Source: Stylophora pistillata (taxonomy: Eukaryota). From it: DNA of 64,000 nucleotides. Below are positions 50,501 through 62,720 of the stretch, piece after piece. The position numbers were made by a program, and so were the translations under genes. Every line of letters starts with the position of its first letter. Within the stretch, counting starts at the first letter, position 1. The stretch lies in the NCBI RefSeq assembly GCF_002571385.2, contig NW_019217985.1, forward strand, positions 383,921-447,920, given 5' to 3'. Below the pieces are notes generated by a model, which saw only the letters and a list, made by a program, of their open reading frames with translations, was not told the origin of the DNA and did not search any database.

Positions 50501-53500
50501 TTCATCCTTTATTCATTTACCTAACGAACAGGCGTACACTTTTTAAGTTTTTCAGGCGAGCAGACGCTCAACGCGAACGCGAAGGTCGAGTCACGTGAAT
50601 GATAAGGAACGCGGGGGTCGAGTTACGCGCGAGAGAAGGAGCGCGAGGGGTGAGTTACGTTCGTGAAAGGATCGTGAAGATTCAGCAACGTGCGTTTGAG
50701 GAAGCACGAAAATCGTACCACGCATAAGAGGAGGAACTTGATGGTCGAGTCAGGAGAGGAGGTACAAGTACGATTCGGCCTTTGCACTCGCCCCAAAAAA
50801 AGCATACTAGAAGACCTCGTGTATAATGAAAAACGTCAAATGATCCAAAAAATTCAAAGATAGGCGACATAATTACCTGAAAAACATTTCTTCTTCATCT
50901 TATTCACTTCAGTTTTGACATCTTCTCTGACGTGCTTCCGCAAGTCGTCGCTCGCAGCCTCGGCCATGTGACTGGATGTAATACTTAGGAGAATCGAAAC
51001 GAACGACTGTACCAAATTAACATCGTTTTCTTCAGCGTCCCGTCTTTCTAGTGTTTGGCCGAGTAGAAAGGCATCACTGGCCATGCGACCGTTCAAACGG
51101 CTCTGAGGTATAGCAACTCCTGAGTGTTCCAATGAGGCAAAAATTCGCTCGCCGTTTTTCACTGGACCCAGTACTTTGACGTTCACCATGCCAATCACAC
51201 ACACGAGATCGTCTAAACCTGACACAGAACAGCCAGAAAACTCACTTAAACTTGTTAAAAAAATATTCATAAGTTTGGACAAATTACAGTAAGATCTCCA
51301 TTCGGGGAGAAGACCTCGAGATTTGAATAAAAAGAACCCAGCATTCGTTCTTATGAGTCTTTCAGTACAACTTTGGACAAATCACAGTAAGATCTCTATT
51401 CAGGGAACAACAAACTCAGGAGTAGAAAAAGAGTCCCTCCGATAGGGCGCTGCTGTCCCTTTGATAAAAGAGACACACTGATTACAAGCGCATTTTTTCA
51501 GTTGTGACCAAAGTTTGCATACTTTATATTGAGGTGCTCCTATGTAAGAGAAAAGGGGAAAAAGACCTCCAAATACGAAAGGAAACCTTGGTTATAGGGT
51601 TGACGAGTAACAATAAACTGATAACCTTCTCTCACTGTTACCTTTTTCTTCGCCATCTGCTGGTGTCCTGGCCTCTAAATACGCGGATCTACTGATCACT
51701 CCCGCCATCTTAGCTTTAGACGCATTAAATTGGGTCAACTTCTCTATGTGGGTGTTGCCACTGGAACTTTCAAAGAACCCAATGATATCACCCTCTTCGA
51801 GAGGAAGGTCGAGTTCGGTTTTGTTCAGTTTGAAATGATAAGCAATGTCTCCTTTCTGTGTAAGAATAGGCTTCTTAACTCGCAGTTCATTAATTAGGGC
51901 AGATTGAGCGTCGAGGCGGTTTGTAATTATCTCTGCGGCATTGATACCTGGAAATAAGAGAGCAATTCATAAACCAAATAATACGTTGTTAACAGACAAA
52001 AAACTGGGCTCTTCAAATCGTCTGGGTCATCTCCCGAGGCATGAGGGATCAGTGCCAGGCCGATAACACGAACCAAGTCCTTGCTCTGCTGCAAAACTCG
52101 AATCAAACTGTTTCACTCATCTGCAAAACGGCTTGTTTTCTATAAGTAACACGTTTTAACTGGAAGTAGTAGAACTTTTGTCTGTGAGTATGACACGACC
52201 GAAACAGGAAAAAGAAGAGGATCGAGCGATCTGTACATGTTGCACAGGTGACACTTTACTGGTGACTTGTGATTAAGTCAAGAAAGATGCCAGGCGTGTC
52301 TTAGTTGATGCTCCGTCAGGTCCACTAAGTAACAGGAAAAGTCCTAGTTAAGGCAGTGACTTACAATCGCTGTTCATGCCACTGCTCCAACTTCCACTGG
52401 GACTGGTATCCAATGCCAACACTACAAGAAGAGAGAAAGAAATGAGCTGACAACAAACAAAATACGACTGCTTTTGTCAGCGGTTACACGCCAGACAAGA
52501 GAGATTTTCCCCAACAATCAACGTGAAAACAGAAAGATTTAGAACCACGTATACTGCAGATGCGGACGGCAAACACTAAACTCTGATTCTGCTTACTTTT
52601 CTTCCAATACTCAACTAAATTAACAGTAAAGTAGAAGAATTACAAAGCAAACAGAAAAGTTCAACTCTCCTGAGTTGACGCTCGCGTAATCATGGTTCAA
52701 AATTTCTTTCTTGTTATCGCTCATGAACAGAGATGTCAGTTAAAATTTACAGCGACAACTGTAATACATCGACGTGTCGAATGAAATACGTGAAGCATCC
52801 TCTGGTCCACAGTTAAAACTATTGGGTGAAATATAATTTGAGTGACTTTTCTTCCCACAAGGAGCAAGCATCTTCAAATTGCTCAATCGCAGTGTCTGAA
52901 ATGGGAGAAAATTTACCTACCTGAGATTAGCCTTTTCCGGGCGAAATAGAAAGAAGAGGTTATAATTTTGAGTGGGGTCGCGTACAAACGAAACCTCTCT
53001 CCTTTGCACAACCCGACCCAAGCCTCTCTCGGCCGCGATCGCTCCGTTTACAACAGTTTTTTCGTTCCATTTTACTAACTGAACGCCCAGAACAGGCTAC
53101 CCCGTGATTAAAACGTCCACAACTTACTTTTTCGCTTTTTTCTGTTATTTTCCGGACTTGGTGTTCCACAATATCCATTATCCACGCTTACCAAATCCTC
53201 TTCTGTGAAATGCAGCAGACAAAAAAGACTCAGATCATTGCTGTATGTATCACCACAAGAGTGTGGTACAAGAGCAAGGGAAACATTCTTCGGGTTCAAT
53301 GCGGCGATTCTGAATTTTCTAGTTATCATATTTAGCGTTTACAATCTTCATCTTCATTCACCAAATGAAACTAGGAAATTTGAAGAGGCCGAGAAGGGTC
53401 TGGACAACCTTGCTCAACAAAATTTGGTTCCCGATTATCTGAGAAATTTTCATGGATGTACTGAGGGCTCTTCGCAGTTTGCAATCTTAATCTACAGGGA

Positions 53501-56500
53501 CGCGGCGCCCCTCTCCCAATACAATAACCTGGCCAGGTTATCGTATAGTGCCCTTGTGCAAAACACTTTACTCTCTCCAGTGCCTCTCTCCAGGAGTATA
53601 ACTGGGCAACGACGAATTGTCAAGGAAGCCTGATGGAATGCTGAGAGGTAACCTCACGATGAACTAGCATCCCATCCAGGGGGGAGGGGGGGTAGTATTT
53701 CTCTTAGCTGCTTCATGCTGTGGAAACTAGAATAAGCTCTGGCTGAGTGACCAAGCCACTTGGCTCACGTAGAGACTTTGCTTCTTACCCACAAGGTCAT
53801 CGTGAGTACGAGTGCTGTGAACATTGTGCTATATGAATTATTCCCCGTCCAGTTTACCTGATTCCTGTTTCGCGTTTTTTCTGCTTTGCACTTGGAAGCT
53901 TTTACTGATGAATTCCTTCGTCGTTCCATCCGCAAAATGAAGCACAACAATCACGCGGAAGATGTTTCTTTCCTCTCCTTTAACGCGTGAAAGTTCATAT
54001 ACTTTAATGCCATTGTTACTATAAACTGAATCGAGGTTGACGGCAAAATTCGCCACAAACAAATCCTTTTTACTGTACACCAAGTTCAAAGAAACTCGCC
54101 CATTCATGTCCTGAAGAATTCTGGCAGCCTCTGGACATCTTTCCACGTATGCACGCACATCCTGGGAAAAACGTAACAAGACGACATTAGGAGACAGAAG
54201 CGACGTACATTACGAATACAGTCGACTCCCGAGAACTCATATCCTCTCTAACTCAAACCAAAATCGATTTCTCTTACACCTTCCCCCTCAGGGGGCGGGT
54301 GAGGGGAGGGTGCACCTCCTAGTAAGAGGCTAGTAGGAATGTGCCGCTGAATAGGGTCGCATATTGCACGACTGGGTCAACTATGTTGGAGTTTCGTCTA
54401 GATTGGGGTCGTACATTTTCGGGATTTTTTTAGGTAAGAAAATTCTGGTAAAGCTTTAACTAAGGTAGATGCTTAAACAGAAAGTGACTAAATTGGAATC
54501 GCGAAAATTACATTTACCCCAAAGTGACTGAGATAGGGTCTATAGTTGGCCACAATAGACTAGTGGTTCTGAGAGGCCAGCAGCACATACACAGCAAAAA
54601 TTGACCAAAGTAGCCCCCTTCCACCTAGGACCATTCCGTTCATGCGAAAATCACATTACGATTCATAATAAAATATGACAGCTGTGCATAATGTTAAATA
54701 AATTAGTAATGTTCTTAATCTTTTTCGCAAAGGGTCCTTGAATAGAGACCATATTTTAAAATGAAGTTTTAACTTAAACTTAACTTAACTTAACTTAACT
54801 TAACTAAACATAATCAACCACTACCCACAAATAGCATAGCTAGTCGCGGCGGGCAGTGTGTGGACGCTAAAACATCTTACATAAATTTCGGTTCAACAAA
54901 AGATTCAATAAATATACAAGAAACAGAAATTAAATATTAAATCATTAATTTAAAAGCAGAAATGACAGTATGAGATAAAAATACAGAAATAGAAACACAT
55001 GACAATAAATAGAAGAATACATAAGTTATAGGCTACTATTAACTGGATTTAACTTTTGACACATCATTGATTATCCGTTCTACGTCAACATAACTATCTT
55101 GAACTTGAAGATTTTGAAATAATAATGTTGTTAGCTGTTCATTCGAGGCTGAAAAGAAGCGAAGCCCGATCTCAAGAGGAAAAAGTTAATTTATTCAATT
55201 AGTTGATTCCTTCAAGTTTGTCTTCATTTAGGATAAACGCGAATTAAAAAAATCTAATTACCTGAATTGGTTTTTGTGAAGTTGCCATGAGGTGTACCTC
55301 TGCATCCAAGAGCCTTTGTTCTGAGTTTGCATTTCGTCGCATCTGTCCTTTCTCGTAGACATCTTTCAAATCCAGAATGGTCACATTAGCCTTCGTATCT
55401 TCCGTATAGGTCACGTCGAATGAAGGAAACACTAATAAAAGTGAAAATCAAAGTCAAAGACTTATTCAAAGAGAATTGCCTCTCGCATAAAGCAAGCATT
55501 AACCTTTAAGTCACCTGAGTGACCAAGATAGAATTTCTCAATCCAATATCAATACAATATCAATCAGACAAGAGAATAAAGAAAAATATCCATCAGGCTC
55601 CGGTTGTTCAAAGGGCGGATAACGCTATCCAACGGATAAATCGCTATCCAGCGGATAAGTGTTACCAAAACGTACTGCACTAACCACTGGATAGAGATTA
55701 ATCCAGTGTATAGCGTTATCCATCCTTCCAGCGGATAAGTGTTACCAAAACATACTGCGCTATCCACCGGATAGAGATTTATCCAGTGTATAGCGTTATC
55801 CATTCTTTGAACAACCGGGCCCAGCAGATTATTAGTTGATTCAGTGCCAAATTCTCTAAACTCACACTATTAAAACTGTTCGGCACACAGTAAGGAGAGT
55901 TACAAATGAGATCTTAGTGGGGAATGCGTTAAAAGCTAATTTCCCGCTTACTAAATGGAGGTATCTCTGACAAGTCCGTTCACGCAATCGAATTAGCACT
56001 GACTTTGGGTGAACTAGCGATATGAAATAAAACGTGGTTACGTTTCTGGGAACTTTTAGGGTCAAAAACGATATTTGTGAAAGGAGCAAATTAAAACCAA
56101 TTTCACGCTTAGGTCTAAGACTTGCTTTTTGGACGCAAGGCGCGATCCTTCTTACTGTGTAACTTGAATTAAAACTCACAGATGAAAAACTAAATATAAC
56201 TTGATCTATGCTTTAATATGTAAGGATACTTTAGAGCTAGATTATTCCTTTATTTTACCTAACCAGCTATCTAGGTGGGGGCCACACGTTTCAATTTTCC
56301 AGGTGGGACGAAGGGGAGATCAGTCGTCGCTAAGAGCCTCATAGAATAAAGGGGGACTATAGAAAATTGAATGGCAAGGAGAGGGGAACTTAGGGAAGAT
56401 CAGGTAAATATTCTTGGGACAAAAATTAAGTCCTCCGACCTCCCCCACCCCCCCTTCCCACCCAACACCCCCTTCCCCTTCACCCATGCAATAAATAATG

Positions 56501-59143
56501 ACCTCCTCGACCAAAATAATTGTTATCGAAAAGAGAAAGACCAGAGAGAAGATTTACATCACGTGGGCCGTACGGTTTTTTGATACGATTATTCATCTTC
56601 CGCCATAAAACGTGACAGCAACAAATCTGACTAAACGAAAAAATGCGCACGTGCATAACCTCCTCGTCTCCTACCGACTAAAGTGGCATTTTAATAAAGA
56701 ATTTTGCTACTAGGGCTCCACAGTTCTCTGTGCATTTCACACATAAAATGCACTGAAATTTGACGCATGTAGCCAGTTGCATCGCTCGCGATAAAGTTTC
56801 AAAGAGCGCAGTTGTACTCTCTAGATATAGGTGAAGATTTTGAGCAAATGTGAGGCGTTTCACTTGGACAAAAAAAATTGAAATCGCTGTTCAGAATTTA
56901 GCAGTCGACGCAGGAGGATGCACGGCAGGTTAAAACGTGACTTGTGCCATTCTTTTTTACAAGTACATGTGTGCATGTGCACGTTGCATCTTTATCCTTA
57001 GTAAAATTCAATCTTATAATCACAATGAACACTTGACAGCGCATATTTACGATCAACACCGACTTATTGTGGCAGAGCGTCAGTAATTGCGCACAGGTAC
57101 ACCAAATCCTGCTTTACCATTGTAAAAGAGGTGCAACTGCTTGTAGGATAGAGAGTAAAGATTTAAGTGAAGAAAATGAACCCACGACTTTGCTTCTATC
57201 ACCCATCATCCGAGACGTGCTTCATGAAGAACGTGACAAAAGAACAAACTAGAAAAGGAGTTTTTACTCCAATTTACAATTCTATAACTTAGACGGTTTT
57301 GCAATTGACTCGCTGAAGTTTATTTATTCGCTACGGATTTTAATTTCTCTACACTATGTAAAGATATTTTCATTACACACCCCAAAAACCTGAATATCAT
57401 TCAATAAATATTTCACAACTTTTCCTAAGGATATATCAGGCAATACAGGGACTAGAACCCCACTAAGGGACTCTATTGTCTGACTTAGATACGCTTTACG
57501 CTCGTCAAATTTCGAACAGCTATGTAGCTTTGAGTGGGTTTTACTGTTGTCTTTTTTTTTTTTTTTTTTACAGACCTAACCAATAATCGCTGAGATTTTT
57601 CTAGTCATTAGGTCATGTCACAAAATCGCCCAAAATTGCGTGACGCAGTTCATGCATGTATGAAAACGTGACGAGAATTTCAAATGAATTCACCTAGCAC
57701 AATCGCGCGCTGATTACATGCAAGATGATTGATTCGAGTTTGGCCATTAAAAAGAAGGGAAAAAGTTAAAAATAAAATTCGTTTACTCTTAATCCTCAGG
57801 CATGACTTGACGAACTAGTTTTCATCGAGAATTTTAGGAACTATGAAACCTACGCACGCGTGGAACGTGACCTTGCCATACTGACATTTTTAACGTCTGA
57901 CACGTTCAAAACCTCTTATTACAGCGAGTGCACGTTCAAACTTATCTAATGCACTCTTTTCACAATTAACTCTTCGTTTCATCGGTTCAGCAAGATAAGT
58001 TTGTTAAGTCTGTTAAAACGGCCAACATGCAAGAAACTTTAATTTAAAGATTCAACGCATTGTCGGAAATTACATGTCAAATTAAGAAGTCAAATTTTAA
58101 CAAAATGCAACTAGTGCTTTTAACTATTAGTTGTATTTTATTATTATTTAGCCTGTTCAGCAGTTTAAAACTACTAAAAGCATAGTAATCAAGAAGACGA
58201 TACGATCAGTAAGGGTTTTGTGTAATGCGCGACATTTATTTCCTTGCGCAAATTTCGCTTGTTGAGTGATATCCTTTGTAAATAATATAAGGCCTTTAAA
58301 TTCGTTCCAATATCAATCCCAGACAAAAGCTTAACCAGAACAATAATATATACAACCTCAAAAGACAACAATGTGCACTACCATGCAAATGGCAACCTTG
58401 AAGGCTAGCCAAGGTCAACACTGAAGTATTATCGATCGAGAGTAAAAATTATCGACAGAAATTTACTGCATTTTGCTAACTGAGCCATTGTCAGCTAACG
58501 TTGATATAAATGAAATCAATTTACATAAAAGGTAGGGTTGTAATCACCTGTCAAAAGCTAAAAATCTGACGAAGGCAGGCCGCGCGTGCAAACAAAATGA
58601 CTTTTCATTCTTGAGTTAGTTGAACAGGGAGTTATAATTGAACTTGCATAATCTATGGTAACGAATAAATATATCGTTAAAGTATTACGTTCGAAAATTT
58701 AGGCAGGTCTCAAGTCAGTTACTTGGAACAAAAACTCAGTCATCGTTGGGAGTCTGTGACAGTCAATTACTGGCAGAGAAATACAACATTTGAAACTTCA
58801 CAGACCGTATTATAACTTAATGGAAAACGATGAAAGTACAGTATATCATTCACCATTTTCCCAATCATATCATGACTACATTACGGACGCACTGTGCGAT
58901 AGACTAACAGTTAAGCAATTAAAAATACTATTGAGCGCTGCATGAATTTTTTTCATAATTATTTTACCTATCCTTTGTACGTTTATTTCATGTCATAAGT
59001 ATCCTACCTGTGATTGGCTTACCTGGATCACAACTCTGAAGAAAAGCTGGGTTGAAATACAAACTGGTGTCTTCCAGAATTTCATCCAAAGTGATCGGCT
59101 GTCCGTCGATATTTAGTACATGGTCATTGCAAGGGTCGCTCAT
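48597..59143 (-). CDS. Gene D: intact putative membrane-tethered transcription factor, ~616 aa (acidic N-terminus, putative Ig-fold DNA-binding domain, NLS RKKRK, beta-helix-like stalk, Peptidase_G2-like chaperone, coiled coil, TM, luminal domain). Exons 59143-59023, 55431-55262, 54161-53858, 53202-53128, 52421-52365, 51947-51642, 51218-50877, 49872-49709, 49374-49290, 48823-48597
   Basis: Ten phase-consistent GT-AG exons give an open 1851-nt CDS. It is homologous to gene C over its length and to genes A/B in the N-terminal domain. TM segment WLFAGFILAVLLGVLLYQLFV. Confidence 0.85.
50020..50320 (-). mobile_element. Hairpin-plus-tail non-autonomous element in a gene D intron
   Basis: Inverted arms ~50172-50313 around CCCGAGATGAAGTCGAGGG; tail contains GTGATTGGCT. 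Confidence 0.65.
50365..50520 (+). mobile_element. Penelope-like element remnant with decayed hammerhead motif
   Basis: AAGGGCTAACGCTAGAAACGTCAGC...TACGGTGGCCAATTTACA...CACCGACGCAGCACCACAGTTTCTTTAGAAAC; related to 6570-6670. Confidence 0.55.
53550..53770 (+). mobile_element. Diverged 5'-truncated SINE related to the 15008 family
   Basis: CACTTTACTCTC...CAGTGCCTCTC...GCATCCCATCCAGGGGG...GCTTCATGCT...GAAAC...TAAGC. Confidence 0.7.
54771..54806. repeat. (AACTT)n microsatellite
   Basis: About 7 units. Confidence 0.85.
55597..55821. mobile_element. Harbinger-type MITE nested in an older TTAA-flanked element (~55499-55933)
   Basis: TIRs GCTCCGGTTGTTCAAAG / CTTTGAACAACCGGGCC, CAG TSD, internal ATCCA..GGATA repeats. 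Confidence 0.8.
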
Positions 59144-61159
59144 TTCCAAACTTACGTTGCCCTCCAGTTTGACGAAGTTGAAGAAATGCTGGAATCAGTA
59201 ATTCCTGCACAAGAAAAGAGAAAATTCGAAGAGGCTGGCACCAGCTTACAGCTTGAAATACGATCGCCAAGAGTGTCCTTGTTGTCTGAAATCCGCGCAC
59301 AGGTATTACCCAATATATTCTGTCCTTTTGTTTGTAAGATGCACTAAAATGTGATGTTGTCGACCGAGATGGTTGATGAACTCTTGTTCAAAGTCTACTC
59401 GATACAATCAGTACTTCTCTATGTTCGCGAATGACTCGACTGAAAACAAGAAGTTTCCACGAGCAACGATAGACCTTTTTATCTGTCAAAATGGAATCAA
59501 CAAAAAATTCCTTTCCTTTAGTGTACAGATTATAACGATTTGTCCAATCAACCGTGAAACTTCCGGAGGTGGGACACGGAAATCAATTTTTGCTTTGAGG
59601 GCTTCAAATTGTTCAGGCCTCTCAATTTTTCGTTTTTATCCAACTAAGAGAAAATCTGCCGTGAACTTAGTAAATTTAAAGCAGAAGATGTCTGTTTTAG
59701 GACATAACAATATACACGGAGCACACGGAACAACTGTTGAGTGAACCTAACGTGACGCAAGTATGCCATATAAGGATAGAGGAGGAAATTATTTGAACGT
59801 AATCGCATTATATTTCAACATCACCTGACTTTATAAACTACTACCGACACTCCGACACTCAAAGAAGTGTCCTTAGTATTGGTAATGTGCCAAGTAGGGG
59901 GGACTCAAAGCTTGAGCGCGGTAATCGAAACGTGACACACGCCTGGAACTAATTGACTTGTGAATTTTTGTGTCCATGACATAAAAGATTGAAGCAAACA
60001 TCTCGGACTAGTGAGATAAGGACAGCACACTGGATCATGACTGGATCTTGCGCGTGTATGATAAACAGCACGCGAAAATGCACCGTGTCGCGTCGCATGA
60101 AGACGTCTATTACGTCATTACATTGACAGCAACATATAAAAAAACAAAATTACTCTCTGATAAGGGAGGGCTTATCGCTGACTAGACAAATCTAATTTCA
60201 ATGTTTTTTCTCGTTCTGCTGACTGTACAAATACTCTATTTTTCAATGCCCTATTAATCTTAAGAGGTACGCGAGCTTTGGCTGAATAAAAAGGCAATAG
60301 ACAGTGACTTGAGGCTCCTTAGATCGCTTGCGACTAATATTTATTATAAGTGCTCTGTGTTTTCGATATTTCACGTCTGTTTCATCGACATAAAAAAAGT
60401 TAAAAAAAGAAAACAATTCTGGTTTCCCACAAAAAGCATAATTAAGACTGTAAAAAACTCTAATTACTTCTCTATGATCCATCAGCCTCTCAATCATCTG
60501 AAATCTTCAGTCCCATCTAACAAACAGATGTTCGCCCTCGATTGATTCTGTCACTTTACAGAATGTTACCGAAGGAAACCTAGGTCATGCAACAATTTCG
60601 GTGAAAAGTCAAGGGTCAGTCTAGCAAGTTCACTTGAATATCATGGATTGTATCCCTTTGTCAGAAATAATTTCATTTTCAACAGGGATTCAACCACGCA
60701 AACTAAATCGTATTTCCTGAATAAGTTCTCAGAAAACTGTATGGGATATTGGAATTTAACACATCAAAACACGGATGGAAAACATTCGAGTATCGGCGAT
60801 ATATATAAGCTATTTTAAAGTTGTTCACAACACACGAAGCCTTTCAGCTAGTTGTCTATGCATTTGTTTCGAAGAAAGTTAGAACGGTACTTTTCAAAAA
60901 AAGCTTCCTAGAAACTGTAGTCGGAGTGAATATCAGGAAAAAGTAGACGTGGTTGTTTGGAGATTGACTAAGCAATTCTTTAACGTTGAGGATCAAGGCA
61001 AATGTCACGTTATGTTTCTAAATGGACACGTACGAAGCTTAAGATGAGACCAAATGTAGGAAAATCCATCTGAATTTTAAAGGCGCAATGAGTTAGGTTG
61101 CGAGGTTTGTTACCGGTCGGACATTCCACATACAAGAACAAGTTACCTTCATACGTGAC
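56609..61159. promoter_or_regulatory. Homotypic cluster of AACGTGAC / xxCGTGAC sites around gene D exon 1
   Basis: AACGTGAC at 56609, 56934, 57230, 57665, 57864, 59749, 59929 and its reverse complement at 61004; TTGCGTGAC at 57636; TACGTGAC at 61152. Confidence 0.5.
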
Positions 61160-62720
61160 TCACAAAGTGAATTCTTGGAAACTATGCAGGAACAAGAATC
61201 TAAAACCACGTGCGTCACGCATCGATTCTCATTCGGCAGTGATAATACGCAGCGCGTGAACTGTTTCCTTTTCCCGGTCGTTTATATAACGCTGTCATCA
61301 AGATTTCCGAACTACTTTTTAAAGAGAGAAATGGATTACTTGACATTCCACATATTAACCACAAAAAGGAGTGACGTGATGAAGCTGAAGCCGTACACTT
61401 TAAGTGCATCCAAAACAAGTTGACTTAAGACAGGTCTTGTTTAGAATTACGTCTGGAAAATAAGTTTATTTCAAAGCAGCATCCCTCTCGAACTTCAACC
61501 TAACCCTGGTCTTATCTTAAGCCCTTAGCTTTTCTTCCCTTTCTTCCCATTTTTAACCCAAATCGCATAAATATATTCTCAAGTCCGTCTCAATCACTGT
61601 CTATGAATTCATCACTGTCTGTAATCTTGTTCTCTCAGTTTTTTCTGACTGAAACCGGAAACACGTCATGCAGAATTATTTTTAACACTTCCCAAATAGG
61701 AAAAAATTGTCCTCGTGTTTCAAATGGGCGTTGCAATGGCAACCTGGGATCTAACCAAGACTTTTAGAAGCACGAAACTTAGAGCAAAAGTGTTGTAGAA
61801 AGAAGAAAAACAAAACATCCGCCAGACGAGAAGAGTAACAACTAAGTGTAATCCAACCACTCTGAAACACATCAAAAGTAACATGTTACAATATTTTAAT
61901 TATAGCCATGTTATCATTGCCCACGTGTAATTCACACAGACATCCCCGTCCTTTCACAGCACGTCTAAAATACTAACTACTTCTGTAAACTTGATGCCAC
62001 ATCTCATCCGAGGTTTACTTTTAACGAATTACAAATATTTTATTTTGTGAAAGATATTACAGAATTCTCAATGCACGACAAGCTAGTAGGTTACGTGGCA
62101 CTACGGTAAACCAAATTGAAATGGTGGTATTAAGAGCTTACCACAAAACGGGAACAAGAAGAAAAACACAAGTTAGCCGTGTGCTTATGGTTAGTTTGAA
62201 TGGAACTGGAAGGGTGGAGCGGAAATTTAGATAGCATTGGTTGGCTGTAATTATCATTTAGCAATGATACTACGAATCGTCATGAAATATTTATTTTTTT
62301 TCGAAATCTGTTGAATGAAGATGGTCTTGCATCAACCCATTAAACCCTACGAGTGACTGGCATCTATTCTCTCCTTACAATAACACTCTTGGATCAAACA
62401 CCAAGGTCTCGAGAGTAAAGGAAATGATCACCGACGACTCTTGTTTGTTAAACAAATTCTCCTTGTCAGTACCTCAGGAAATGTACAGAGAACAGTATAG
62501 AGAAAATGCATACTGATTTTAGGGTGTAAAGAGTTAGATACAAGACCATACACTTTCTGTTTTCACGTTTCATCGAACCGCTTTCCACAACTGATTTCCA
62601 GCCCTATGCCTCTTAGCTTCCCTTCTACTATCCTTTGTTTAGTTGCTGGTTATTGCAATTTAAGAGAGAAACACGCATCGTACAAAGAGCTTATGTTCCA
62701 AATTATTCGCACTTTTCATT

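Noticed and set aside
53192-53202. 11-nt micro-exon using a gtaagc donor
   Set aside because: It ends in phase 0 and breaks frame with the next exon. The 75-nt exon ending at 53128 (gtaagt) keeps frame and supplies the NLS seen in paralog C.
48597-59143. Calling gene C or D a MYRF ortholog
   Set aside because: No S74 cleavage motif (SDxRxK) and no recognisable Ndt80/MYRF signature such as IIVRASNPG; the similarity is architectural only.
59120-59744. Plus-strand ORFs near the start of gene D
   Set aside because: No recognisable motifs; they overlap the 5' and promoter region of gene D in antisense.
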